Source: an uncultured Muribaculaceae bacterium (GTDB lineage Bacteria > Bacillota_I > Bacilli_A > RF39 > UBA660). From it: a DNA stretch of 64,000 bases. The stretch is from positions 10,529 to 74,528 of the forward strand of contig CAYNHT010000003.1 of assembly GCA_964397485.1 (NCBI GenBank), read 5' to 3'. The notes under the pieces were generated by a model that did no database searches, had not been told where the DNA came from, and worked only from the letters and a program-made list of their open reading frames with translations. Each line of letters starts with the position of its first letter. The stretch's first letter is position 1. A program made the position numbers and the translations under genes. This document shows, piece by piece, positions 1 through 9,216 of this stretch.

Positions 1-1536
1 GTTGTAGGTAGTGTTAATATTCAAACTCGTGATGGTGATATAACTGGGGTAACGAATCCTGGAAGTAGATCTTTAGCAGCAATAATTAAATTTGATGAAG
101 AATTTAATACCGTATGGAGAAGTTTCTTTGGAGGTAGTTATTATGAACATTTTAGAACAGTCAAAGAAACAATTGATGGGGGTTACATTGTTGTTGGTTC
201 TTCTAGTTCAACCAATTATGATATGACTGGATTAGGATGGGAAACTTCTAGAAATGATGAAGCCATTATTGTAAAATACGATCAAATGGGTAACTTGCAA
301 TATAAAAAATCATTTAGAGGTACTGCATCAGATGCATTTTATGACGTTGTAGAGGTAAGTGACGGGTATGTAGCAGTAGGATATAGCAATTCTATTGACA
401 TGGATATGACTGGCTTAAATAATGGTGAAAACGGGATTAGTGAAGCCGTTATAGTAAAGTATAGCCATAATTTAAATTTAGTATGGAAAAAAACTTTTGG
501 TGGAAGTAATGATGATGTTTACACCAGTATAGTTAAAAGAAGTGATAATGAATTTGTTGTTGTAGGATATAGTAAATCGGATGATTTTGATTTAAGTGAT
601 ACGAATATATCAGGTGGTGGATATAGTAGCGGTCTTATTGTTAAATATAATGCCAGTGGTGATATATTAACGAAAAGAATCTTTGGAGGCACAAGCAGTG
701 AGACTTTCAATGCCATCATAAAAACAAATTATAATACCTATATTTTAGCTGGTGATTCTTATTCAATAGATAGAAACTTACAAAATTTTAATAAAGGTAA
801 TAGTGATGCGTTATTAGTTGCGTATGATATTAACTTAAACTTAACTAAAATTTTATCTGAACAGGTTGTTATAATAGAAAAAATGAAACCAATTACAAGA
901 GATTATGGTTCTTCAATTAGTGAACGATATGATAATATATATACTACTAATAATCCAGAGACTGATTTAGGTGGATGGTGTACAACAACTGATGCAGATA
1001 TACCTGAAAATCAAAGTAATTATGTATATGGACCTTGCCTAATTCCTCTTAATAGTGATGATTTAAAACTACTAACAAATATAGATACAACATCATATAA
1101 AAGAGTTTTAGCAGGAGAAAATGAATACACATTAGATATTGAGCCTGACAATATACATAATTGGCATAGGATATACATGTATTTAGCAGGAAGTAGCAGC
1201 AATATTGAGATATCAAATTTGAAACTAAAATTTGAGGATGGTAATTCTTATAGCATAAGCGAAGCTGTAACTAACGGATATATAGAACCACTTGTTACCG
1301 TATCTAATTCAATGAGTAACAATGTAATTAGATATTTCCCAACATTAATGGATATTATTAATCCAGGTGGAACAGCAGGAATGGGAAGTTATCCTCAACT
1401 AAATATAACTATAAAACCAAAAAGTTCTAGATTAGTTAGCTTGATTTTTACAGCGAGTAAAAATTCTGTAACAAATGATGGTTTCATAGTTCAAGAATTA
1501 CGCAATTTTGATATGTCAATACAACCCACAAATTAA
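1..1536 (+). CDS. 5'-truncated repeat protein (paralog of the downstream prepilin-fused protein); ~70-aa repeats 'VVGYSNS..DM.G...DAIIVKYD..GN..W...FGG..D' plus a conserved ~300-aa C-terminal domain
   Basis: Reading frame is open from window position 1. Repeat units and the C-terminal domain align residue-by-residue with 1645..4245. The N-terminus lies outside the window. Confidence 0.55.
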   Translation, partial: VVGSVNIQTRDGDITGVTNPGSRSLAAIIKFDEEFNTVWRSFFGGSYYEHFRTVKETIDGGYIVVGSSSSTNYDMTGLGWETSRNDEAIIVKYDQMGNLQYKKSFRGTASDAFYDVVEVSDGYVAVGYSNSIDMDMTGLNNGENGISEAVIVKYSHNLNLVWKKTFGGSNDDVYTSIVKRSDNEFVVVGYSKSDDFDLSDTNISGGGYSSGLIVKYNASGDILTKRIFGGTSSETFNAIIKTNYNTYILAGDSYSIDRNLQNFNKGNSDALLVAYDINLNLTKILSEQVVIIEKMKPITRDYGSSISERYDNIYTTNNPETDLGGWCTTTDADIPENQSNYVYGPCLIPLNSDDLKLLTNIDTTSYKRVLAGENEYTLDIEPDNIHNWHRIYMYLAGSSSNIEISNLKLKFEDGNSYSISEAVTNGYIEPLVTVSNSMSNNVIRYFPTLMDIINPGGTAGMGSYPQLNITIKPKSSRLVSLIFTASKNSVTNDGFIVQELRNFDMSIQPTN

Positions 1537-1538
1537 AA

Positions 1539-1561
1539 AGATAACAACGTTATCTTTTTTT
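1539..1561 (+). terminator. Rho-independent terminator (AGATAAC-aac-GTTATCT + T7)
   Basis: Perfect 7-bp inverted repeat followed by a T-tract, immediately after the stop at 1536. Confidence 0.6.
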
Positions 1562-1644
1562 GACAGTTTTTTACATAGTTGTTTGATTATAAAACTAATG
1601 TGTGGTATTATTTTCTTAAGATATATACGAAAGGTAGTGTAGTG

Positions 1645-3306
1645 ATGAAGAAAAAAGGATTCACATTAATAGAGTTACTCGCAGTAATAGTAATTCTAGC
1701 AATCATAGCCCTAATAGCTGTGCCAATAATAATGAATATTATTGATAGAAGTAAAGGTGGAGTCTATGATAGACAAAGAGATATGGTTGCCAAATCAGCT
1801 GAATTATATTATTTTAAATATAATGATGAGTTAGTATGGGAAGATGATATAAGTTATGTTGAAATAGGAAGATTAAAAGAAACAGGATATTTAAGAGAAA
1901 AAATATTAAATCCTTTGAATAATCAAGAAATACCAGATGAAACAAAAGTACTAATTTATAAAGAAGACGGTATAGTAAAGTATTCTCTTCAATTATATGA
2001 TAATGATTCATTTAAGTGGTATCAACAAAAAATGGTAGCTAGTGTAAAAGATTCAGGAATTAGTTTACCAACTGAAACAGGTGAAAAAACTACAATTGAT
2101 TTAAATACCTTAATTGATGAAGGAAAAGTAGCAGAGATACGTATTCCTACCAATTTAACAAGTCGTTGTGTAGGATATGTAGATATAGAAAAAGTAGATA
2201 ATGATAATTATACATATGATGCATATGTAGATTGTTTATTAGATGCTTCTACATTTGCAAGCCATTATGTCAGTTATGGTGGAAAATATTTAGACGAATT
2301 TAATGATGTAAAGGAAACAACTGACGGTGGATACATTGCTGTTGGTTCTAGTAATTCGGAAGTTATTACAAAGTATGGAAATGAAGGAAAAGGGAATTTA
2401 GATGCAATAATAGTTAAATTTGATTCCATCGGTAATGTTGAATGGAGTAGAAATTTTGGTGGAAGTAATGATGATGTTTTTTTAAGTGTTATACCAAATG
2501 AAGATGGATACGTGGCAGTTGGAAGTACATCGTCAAATGACAATGATGTAGCGGGATTATATAGAGGTGGTATAAGTGACGGATTGATAGTCGAGTTTGA
2601 CACCAATGGAAATGTTGTATATAAAAGAAGTTATGGCGGTAGTGGTGAAGTAAGCAGCGAAGAAAGTTTTACTAAAATTATTAAAGATGGGGATTACTAT
2701 ATATTGGTCGGCTATGTGTATGGGACAAATAAAGATGGAGATTTAGAAGGTACCGATGTGAGTAGTAATGCAGAAGGAATAGTATTAAAAATGAATTCAA
2801 ATTATGATACGGTTTGGAGAACATTTTTTAAAGGTAGTTATTCTGAAATCTTTAATAACGTTATTAAGGTAAGTGACGGAGGATATGTAGTTGTTGGATA
2901 TTCGAACTCTAACAATTTGGATATGTCTGGTGTTGTTTTTGATGGTGGGAGGACATCAGAAGCAATTATTATAAAGTATGATAACTTAGGTAATTATCAA
3001 TATAAAAGTATTTTTGCAGGTAATTCTTCTGATTCTTTTTATGACGTACTAGAAGTAGATAACGGATATGTGGTAGCTGGAATGAGTAGATCTACATCTG
3101 TTGATATGGAAGATATTAGTAAAGCATATAATGGCAAGGCAGATGCTATCATTGTTAAATATGATAAAAATTTAGAAAATATAATGTGGAAGAAAAGTTT
3201 TGGTGGAACAGAAAATGATGCTTTTTATTCTGTAATCAAGGATAGCCCAAATGAAGTAATTGTAGTAGGGTATAGCCAATCTAAAGATATGGACATGGAT
3301 GATTAA
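1645..3306 (+). CDS. Type IV prepilin-like N-terminus (MKKKGFTLIELLAVIVILAIIALIAVP) fused to a large repeat (propeller-like) domain; N-terminal part of a gene interrupted by an in-frame TAA at 3304
   Basis: Class III signal: Gly, then Phe at +1 and Glu at +5, then a hydrophobic helix. A Shine-Dalgarno-like sequence (GAAAGGTAG) lies before the ATG at 1645. The ORF-track start at 1579 is probably too early. The same repeats as ORF 1..1536 are present. Confidence 0.6.
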   Translation: MKKKGFTLIELLAVIVILAIIALIAVPIIMNIIDRSKGGVYDRQRDMVAKSAELYYFKYNDELVWEDDISYVEIGRLKETGYLREKILNPLNNQEIPDETKVLIYKEDGIVKYSLQLYDNDSFKWYQQKMVASVKDSGISLPTETGEKTTIDLNTLIDEGKVAEIRIPTNLTSRCVGYVDIEKVDNDNYTYDAYVDCLLDASTFASHYVSYGGKYLDEFNDVKETTDGGYIAVGSSNSEVITKYGNEGKGNLDAIIVKFDSIGNVEWSRNFGGSNDDVFLSVIPNEDGYVAVGSTSSNDNDVAGLYRGGISDGLIVEFDTNGNVVYKRSYGGSGEVSSEESFTKIIKDGDYYILVGYVYGTNKDGDLEGTDVSSNAEGIVLKMNSNYDTVWRTFFKGSYSEIFNNVIKVSDGGYVVVGYSNSNNLDMSGVVFDGGRTSEAIIIKYDNLGNYQYKSIFAGNSSDSFYDVLEVDNGYVVAGMSRSTSVDMEDISKAYNGKADAIIVKYDKNLENIMWKKSFGGTENDAFYSVIKDSPNEVIVVGYSQSKDMDMDD

Positions 3307-3339
3307 TCGATTTCTAAAGATGGATATAAAAATGCTGTA

Positions 3340-4245
3340 TTGGTAAAATATAATTCTGATACAGGAAATATATTATCAAAAAAAGTGTTTGGCGGAACCA
3401 ATAGTGACATATTTAAAAAAATAATCAAAATAAATAACAATAGATATGTAGTCGTTGGAACAACCTACTCAAACAATGGACATTTAAAAAATTTTAACAA
3501 GGGGCATAGCGATGCTTTACTCGTAAGTTATGATATCAATTTTAATTTGTCAAAAATATTTCAAGAACCAGTTATAATAATAGATAGATTAAAATCTATC
3601 CAACCTAATTATGGAACGGAGTTAAGTTTAAAATATGACAATATTTATACAAGCAATGATTCCAAAAAAGATTTTGGTAATTGGTGTACTTCTGTAATTC
3701 CTTATTTAGAAGAAGATGTGAGCAATTATTATTACGGAATTTGTCTAAGACCGTTTAATGAAGATGAGATAAAATCATTAACATTTGAGGAAACAAATAG
3801 AGGTATGAAACCGGTATATATAGGCGAAAATGAATATTCTATAGATATTGATCCAGACTATCAGTATAATTGGCACAAGATTTTTCTTGATTTTGCAGGC
3901 CACACTCCAAACATAGAAATTTCTAATCTTAAATTAAAATTTGCAGATGGATACATTGGAAGTATAAATGGTTCGATTAATACTGGACGTATTGAACCAC
4001 TGGTTACTATATCTAATAGATTAGCGCCTGCGTATAGATTGTTTCCCACTATAATAGATATAGTAAATGATGGTGGAACAACCGGATTGGCAACTTTATA
4101 TCCACAATTACATATACATTTGAAGCCTAAAAGTACCAAATTAGTAAGTGTGATTTTCACATCTAGTAGAGATTCGGTTAGCGGGGATGGAGTTCGAATT
4201 GAGGAATTGCGTAATTTTGATATGTCAATAACTCCAACTAATTAA
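3340..4245 (+). CDS. C-terminal domain of the prepilin-fused repeat protein (same frame as 1645..3306, separated only by one TAA codon)
   Basis: Both segments are in frame 1. The sequence DD*SISKDGYKNAVLVKYNSD aligns with the uninterrupted paralog (...SDTNISGGGYSSGLIVKYNASGD...). The C-terminal ~300 aa are colinear with 640..1536. Confidence 0.55.
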   Translation: MVKYNSDTGNILSKKVFGGTNSDIFKKIIKINNNRYVVVGTTYSNNGHLKNFNKGHSDALLVSYDINFNLSKIFQEPVIIIDRLKSIQPNYGTELSLKYDNIYTSNDSKKDFGNWCTSVIPYLEEDVSNYYYGICLRPFNEDEIKSLTFEETNRGMKPVYIGENEYSIDIDPDYQYNWHKIFLDFAGHTPNIEISNLKLKFADGYIGSINGSINTGRIEPLVTISNRLAPAYRLFPTIIDIVNDGGTTGLATLYPQLHIHLKPKSTKLVSVIFTSSRDSVSGDGVRIEELRNFDMSITPTN

Positions 4246-4256
4246 ACTATCAATGA

Positions 4257-4283
4257 AAGGTAATTTTATAATTGCCTTTTTTC
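4257..4283 (+). terminator. Rho-independent terminator (AAGGTAATT-ttat-AATTGCCTT + T6)
   Basis: 9-bp stem with one G-U pair, followed by a T-tract, right after the stop at 4245. Confidence 0.55.
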
Positions 4284-4352
4284 TTGATATAGAATTCAAA
4301 GTAAGTTATAATTATTTTATGAAAAAAATATTTTAAGAAAGTAGACATTAAT

Positions 4353-5405
4353 ATGAAAGAAAAACTACAAGTGCTAAAAAAGAAAATGGAAGAAGGGGTA
4401 TATAATGGAGTCTTTCCAGGGGCAACATATGCTGTTATTATAGATGGAAAAACTTATACTGATTATGTTGGTTATAGAGATTTATATCCTAAAAAAGAAA
4501 AAAATACCATAGATACTTTATATGATTTAGCGTCATTAACTAAAGTTATAGTTACAACTATATTAATAGCTCAGTTAATTGATGAGAAAAAATTAACATT
4601 AAATAATAGGGTATGTGATTACTTCCAAGACTTTAAACATAAAGATATAACCATTTATGATTTATTGACTCATTCATCAGGGTTGCCGGCAAACATTGAT
4701 TGGATGCAAATAACTACCAAAGATGATTATATTAAATTGCTTTTTGAGACTGAAAAAATATATGAAACCAAGAGTAAATCCGTATATTCAGATGTAGGAT
4801 TTATTATATTGGGTCTAATAATAGAAAAAATATTAAACCAACCATTGGATGTTATAGCAACCAATAAAATATTCAATGTATTAGGCATGAAGGAGACAAT
4901 GTATAATCCTATTGATAAAAATAGATGCGCTGCTACTGAAAAAGAAAACGATTTTTATTTAAAGGGAATAGCGCACGGCAAAAAGACCCTTCTTTTTGAT
5001 GGAATGACTGGTCATGCTGGTTTATTTAGTACAATATCTGACATGGTTAAAATTGCAGGGATGCTCCTAAATGATGGCAAATACTTAAATAAAAGAGTAT
5101 TAAGTCCGAATGTTTTTGACTCACTATTTATACCTAGGATTAAGGATACAAATGGTTTTTTAAGAGGATTAGGGTTTATTAGTGGAAAAAATGAGTTGGT
5201 AGGAAGTTATGTTAGTGAAAAAACAATATATCATACTGGCTTTACAGGAACGAGATTTCTAGTTGATTATGGTAACAAAATAAGCTTTATAATATTATCT
5301 AATCGTATTCACCCTACTAGGAAAAATGATAAATTAAAGGAATTTAGAAAAGAAGTTACTGACATGGTTTATGAGTTATTTATAGTTGGTGAAACAATTA
5401 AGTAA
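4353..5405 (+). CDS. Beta-lactamase-family serine hydrolase (PBP4*/esterase-like)
   Basis: S-x-x-K motif (SLTK), YSD motif and HTG(FTG) motif at spacing typical of class C/PBP-like serine hydrolases. Confidence 0.6.
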   Translation: MKEKLQVLKKKMEEGVYNGVFPGATYAVIIDGKTYTDYVGYRDLYPKKEKNTIDTLYDLASLTKVIVTTILIAQLIDEKKLTLNNRVCDYFQDFKHKDITIYDLLTHSSGLPANIDWMQITTKDDYIKLLFETEKIYETKSKSVYSDVGFIILGLIIEKILNQPLDVIATNKIFNVLGMKETMYNPIDKNRCAATEKENDFYLKGIAHGKKTLLFDGMTGHAGLFSTISDMVKIAGMLLNDGKYLNKRVLSPNVFDSLFIPRIKDTNGFLRGLGFISGKNELVGSYVSEKTIYHTGFTGTRFLVDYGNKISFIILSNRIHPTRKNDKLKEFRKEVTDMVYELFIVGETIK

Positions 5406-5545
5406 AATAACTCATAAAAATAGTTTTATTGGTGTATTAACATTATATTACGTATATAAAACACTTTAAATAATAAAAAAATACTTTTATCTTTATTTTT
5501 CGATTTTTTTTTGATATAATCAATTTATGATAGTGAGGGATTTTA

Positions 5546-6199
5546 ATGGATAATAAAAATAATATATTTGATGATGGGATTGAAATTATTGATGAATTTG
5601 AGCCAACACCAAATACTAACGATAATAGACAACAAGCAGACACAAATAATCAAAATGATTTAGTAATGGATGATTACATGAAAGAGTTTGCTTTTGAACA
5701 ACCAACTAATGAAGTGGCGACTGATCCTCTTCAATCGATTAATATGAATCAAAACGATGGGGTTACAAATGCAGAAGAACCGGATCTTTTAAGTGCATTT
5801 AACATAGATTTCAATAGTGAAGACACTAATGTTCCAGCTGCTCCTGGCCAAGCATTAAATGTAGAACCAGAATTAGAGACAGTAGAGCTAGATGTGCCAA
5901 TTACAGAAAATAACAATGTTCAAGGTGAACAGCCAGTTATGAATAGTGAAGTAACTGCTACACCAGAAAATACCGATAGAATTATTGAAACTTTAAACAC
6001 AGCTGGTGTTGACGATTCAAGATCATCTATGCCTGTTAGTGAAGAAAAAGAGGAAGTTTTAGCGATAGCACAAGAAGAAAAAAAAGATATTGATAACAAA
6101 AAAGGAATAATTTTCATTGCGGTTTTATTTATATTATTGATTGTATTTATAATTGCATTGCCGCAAATAACTCAAATTGTTAAACAAATTACAGGTTAA
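5546..6199 (+). CDS. Acidic low-complexity protein with a single C-terminal TM anchor
   Basis: D/E/N/Q/T-rich sequence ending in IIFIAVLFILLIVFIIALP. No recognisable domain. Confidence 0.4.
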   Translation: MDNKNNIFDDGIEIIDEFEPTPNTNDNRQQADTNNQNDLVMDDYMKEFAFEQPTNEVATDPLQSINMNQNDGVTNAEEPDLLSAFNIDFNSEDTNVPAAPGQALNVEPELETVELDVPITENNNVQGEQPVMNSEVTATPENTDRIIETLNTAGVDDSRSSMPVSEEKEEVLAIAQEEKKDIDNKKGIIFIAVLFILLIVFIIALPQITQIVKQITG

Positions 6200-6201
6200 A
6201 A

Positions 6202-6230
6202 AAATAACTTATTAAAAGTTATTTTTTTAT
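6202..6230. terminator. Bidirectional terminator between convergent genes (AAATAACTT-attaa-AAGTTATTT flanked by A- and T-tracts)
   Basis: Perfect 9-bp inverted repeat with flanking A/T runs, between the 3' ends of 5546..6199(+) and 6227..6529(-). Confidence 0.6.
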
Positions 6231-6529
6231 TGTATTTTTGATAGTTCTATTATTAGATCCATATTATCATCATTTGCCATAATATTTTTGTGATTTTTTT
6301 TGCACTTCTCACAGCGATATATAATTTTATAACTATTTTTAAATTTTTCTATTCCAATTGGTTTTAATATACCTAAACATTTATTCATTCTGTCGCCAGG
6401 ATTTATATCAACGTGTTTTGAACAAAGACAATATGGGCAATGATCACGAGCAGTATAGTTTAATTTCGAAACATTCTTGTGACAATTTTCACAAATAAAT
6501 TCTTCATCAATCATAGTAAATTTTTTCAT
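6227..6529 (-). CDS. RNHCP-domain zinc-ribbon protein
   Basis: CENC...ARDHCPYC...CEKC. Four Cys pairs, with an 'RDHCP' motif matching the RNHCP family signature. Confidence 0.5.
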   Translation of the reverse strand: MKKFTMIDEEFICENCHKNVSKLNYTARDHCPYCLCSKHVDINPGDRMNKCLGILKPIGIEKFKNSYKIIYRCEKCKKNHKNIMANDDNMDLIIELSKIQ

Positions 6530-6637
6530 TTTATCACCGGTATAATTATAACATAAATTTAAATAAATAAAAGGGAAATATCTAGTTGTTTATTAAAATA
6601 AATTTGTGTTATAATAGAAACATCTGGATGTGATAAA

Positions 6638-7366
6638 ATGAATTATAAAATAATGATTGATGAGTTTGAAGGACCATTAGACTTATTGTTACACTTAATT
6701 AAACAATCTGATATTGATATTTGTGATATTAGCATTGTAGAAATAACTGAGCAATATTTTAATTATATTCATACGATGGAAGATATGAATTTAAACATAG
6801 CTAGCGAATATTTAGTGATGGCAGCAGAACTTATTGAAATAAAATCTCATACATTATTACCAAATAAAAAAGAATGTGATGCTGATGAATATGAAGAAGA
6901 TCCAAGAGAACAATTGATTAACAGATTACTATTATATAAACAATATAAGGAAGTCACTAGTACTTTCAAACAATTAGAAGAAGAACGCCAAAAAATCTAT
7001 ACAAAAGATCCTTCTGATATGAAAAGTTTTATATCGTGTGAACCAGTCAAAATCGATGATGATCTTACTTTGCACGATTTAATGGATGCATTTAATAGAT
7101 TTTTAAAAAAGCAACTAGATAACATGCCTTTGAATACTAAAGTAACAAAAAAAGAGTTGTCAGTTAGCATAAGAAGTAACGAGATTAGAAAAATATTAAA
7201 AGAGAAAAAGAAAGTCGAGTTTACAGAATTATTCCAGGTTTATAATAGAGAATATGTTGTTGTTACTTTCTTGTCTGTTTTAGATTTAGCAAAAAAACAA
7301 GTTATTAACATTAAACAAGATCAAAATTTTAACAAGATATATTTATTAACTAAAGGAAGTGAGTAA
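6638..7366 (+). CDS. scpA: Segregation and condensation protein A (kleisin)
   Basis: N-terminal 'EGPLDLLLHLI' ScpA signature, ~240 aa, immediately followed by an overlapping scpB. Confidence 0.85.
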   Translation: MNYKIMIDEFEGPLDLLLHLIKQSDIDICDISIVEITEQYFNYIHTMEDMNLNIASEYLVMAAELIEIKSHTLLPNKKECDADEYEEDPREQLINRLLLYKQYKEVTSTFKQLEEERQKIYTKDPSDMKSFISCEPVKIDDDLTLHDLMDAFNRFLKKQLDNMPLNTKVTKKELSVSIRSNEIRKILKEKKKVEFTELFQVYNREYVVVTFLSVLDLAKKQVINIKQDQNFNKIYLLTKGSE

Positions 7367-7931
7367 AGTGAATTTAACAGCAGTATTAGAAGGGCTTTTA
7401 TTTTTACGGGGAAATGAAGGGATACTATTATCTGAGATAAAAAGCATATTAGAAATAGAAGACGATAATGATCTTAAAAATCTAATAATGAATTTACAAG
7501 AAGAATATCTTAAAGAAACAAGAGGCATAAAAATCGAAAAATTTGGGGAATATTTAAAACTGGTAACTAAAAAGGAACACAAGGAGTATTATGAAAAATT
7601 AGTTGAGATCGATGAGAACACAGGACTTAGTCAATCAGCTTTAGAAACATTGGCAATTATTGCATATAATGGTCCAGTGACCAGAGTAAAAGTAGATGAA
7701 ATAAGAGGTGTGGGAAGTAGTCATATGATAAGAAAATTACTTTCAAGAAACCTAATCAAAGAAGAAGGAAGATCAGACTTACCTGGTCGACCTATTTTAT
7801 ATGGTGTAACACCTGATTTTCTTGATTATTTTGGATTAAGCAGCATTGAAGACTTGCCGAAATTAGAAGCCATACAAATAGGTGAATTAGATGAATTAGA
7901 TTTGTTCGAATCAAAATATAAAGAAGAATAA
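7359..7931 (+). CDS. scpB: Segregation and condensation protein B
   Basis: 'LEGLLF' N-terminus and tandem winged-helix organisation. Overlaps the scpA stop, the canonical scpAB operon arrangement. Confidence 0.85.
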   Translation: MSKVNLTAVLEGLLFLRGNEGILLSEIKSILEIEDDNDLKNLIMNLQEEYLKETRGIKIEKFGEYLKLVTKKEHKEYYEKLVEIDENTGLSQSALETLAIIAYNGPVTRVKVDEIRGVGSSHMIRKLLSRNLIKEEGRSDLPGRPILYGVTPDFLDYFGLSSIEDLPKLEAIQIGELDELDLFESKYKEE

Positions 7932-7964
7932 GTTTATATAAATAATTATTAATATCAGAAAAAA

Positions 7965-7995
7965 ATATAACAATAGCATATTGTTATATTTTTAT
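7965..7995 (+). terminator. Terminator after scpB (ATATAACAAT-agcat-ATTGTTATAT + T-rich)
   Basis: 10-bp perfect inverted repeat followed by TTTTTAT. Confidence 0.5.
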
Positions 7996-8009
7996 ATTTA
8001 TGTTATAAT
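7981..8009 (+). promoter_or_regulatory. Sigma-A-type promoter for tRNA-Leu (TTGTTA-17 bp-TATAAT)
   Basis: -35 at 7981-7986 and -10 at 8004-8009. The tRNA 5' end lies 8 nt downstream. Confidence 0.5.
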
Positions 8010-8017
8010 TTTTCTAT

Positions 8018-8103
8018 GCAGGAGTGGCGGAATGGTAGACGCGAAGGTCTCAAACACCTTTGGTAGAGATACTGTGTGGGTTCAAGTCCCATCTCCTGTA
8101 CCA
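8018..8103 (+). tRNA. tRNA-Leu (anticodon CAA), long variable arm, encoded CCA
   Basis: Cloverleaf: acceptor GCAGGAG/CTCCTGT, anticodon stem AAGGT/ACCTT with loop CTCAAAC, long extra arm, T-arm GGGTTCAAGTCCC, discriminator A, then CCA. Confidence 0.85.
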
Positions 8104-8148
8104 ATAATTATTAATATAATACAATAATAAAATGTATGAGAGTTATAT

Positions 8149-8171
8149 AACTGAAAAGATCAGTTTTTTTT
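8149..8171 (+). terminator. Terminator after tRNA-Leu (AACTGA-aaaga-TCAGTT + T8)
   Basis: 6-bp stem followed by a T-tract. With the promoter above, this makes the tRNA a stand-alone transcription unit. Confidence 0.55.
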
Positions 8172-8219
8172 AACCTTTTGCCACATTACTTTGTATAGAT
8201 TTAATGGAGGAATAATTTT

Positions 8220-9098
8220 ATGACCAAAAAAGAAAATGTAAAATTGAAAAGTGTTGTCGTTATGACTATTTTAGTATTATTAGCGAGTATGTTTGCTATC
8301 ATGTCAAAAGCTTTTTTACCGAGTGATGTAAATATTGATGACTTCAATAGTGTCTTTGTTACAATTTTAGGATTCCCCATTGTTGCCTCACTTTATTTTA
8401 TTATGGTGTATTCGCATAGTGCGATTGTTACAAAAATTTTTGGAGAGAGAACAAATCTATCAAAAATACAAATAGGTCTTCGCTTTGGCGTTTGTTTTGC
8501 GTTGATTTTCCTATTTGGAATGCAAGAAGTTGTAGTTGAAGCATCACCTTTTTCTAGTTGGGGGATTGATTTTGTTGTATATCAGTTTTTTATGGGATTA
8601 GGGGAAGCGCTTGTTGCATTAATCATGTGTTTAGCAATATCTAAATGGACATTAAAAGATAAGAAACTTGTTGACCATCCTGGTGACTATAGTATAAAAA
8701 ATAAGACTTTATTATTGATATTTATTGTTGTTGCCTTTACCCTAGGAAGGGCTATGGTCTATGAAATTGGTTTAATAGCAAGTAATGTAGATAATTTTCC
8801 AATCGCAACTTATGGGTGGACAATTTTATTTGGATTAATAATAGCTTTTTGCTTTATTTTACTTTATCCTATTTTTGGGGAAGAGAAAAATAGTTTTAAG
8901 TTATCGTCTAAAATAGTTTTAATGACAATAGGGCTTAGTTGGATAATTTTTAATATGTTTATAGGTTTGATTTTTAAAGGAGCAATGGTAGATGTGCTAT
9001 TAAGAAGTGGCTTAGATGTGTTTTGGGTCTTTGTAGCATCTTACTTTTGGCACAAATATTTTAATGGGAGTAATCATCCTACTAGCGATTTACAATGA
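8220..9098 (+). CDS. Polytopic membrane protein (~8 TM), unknown function; first gene of the island
   Basis: Hydrophobicity pattern only. Has its own terminator at 9136-9168. Confidence 0.4.
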   Translation: MTKKENVKLKSVVVMTILVLLASMFAIMSKAFLPSDVNIDDFNSVFVTILGFPIVASLYFIMVYSHSAIVTKIFGERTNLSKIQIGLRFGVCFALIFLFGMQEVVVEASPFSSWGIDFVVYQFFMGLGEALVALIMCLAISKWTLKDKKLVDHPGDYSIKNKTLLLIFIVVAFTLGRAMVYEIGLIASNVDNFPIATYGWTILFGLIIAFCFILLYPIFGEEKNSFKLSSKIVLMTIGLSWIIFNMFIGLIFKGAMVDVLLRSGLDVFWVFVASYFWHKYFNGSNHPTSDLQ

Positions 9099-9135
9099 AT
9101 TTTGTTTTAATTTTAAATTGTTAATATATGTAAAA

Positions 9136-9168
9136 AAGATAAAAAACATTGATTTTATCTTTTTTTTT
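9136..9168 (+). terminator. Terminator (AAGATAAAA-8 nt-TTTTATCTT + T7)
   Basis: 9-bp perfect stem followed by a T-run. Confidence 0.55.
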
Positions 9169-9216
9169 AGTTCATTATAAGATATACTATTAGTAAGGAA
9201 TAAAGGGTGTGATAAT

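Noticed and set aside
640-4245. Diversity-generating retroelement targeting the paralogous C-terminal domains of the two pilin-repeat proteins
   Set aside because: The window has no reverse transcriptase gene and no template-repeat copy. The divergence is spread across the domain rather than confined to adenine-templated codons.
8220-9098. Prepilin peptidase (TadV/A24) candidate, based on multiple TMs and an 'HPGD' segment
   Set aside because: It lacks the conserved paired-Asp architecture and loop spacing of A24 peptidases as far as can be judged without alignment. It is kept only as a hypothesis in the findings.
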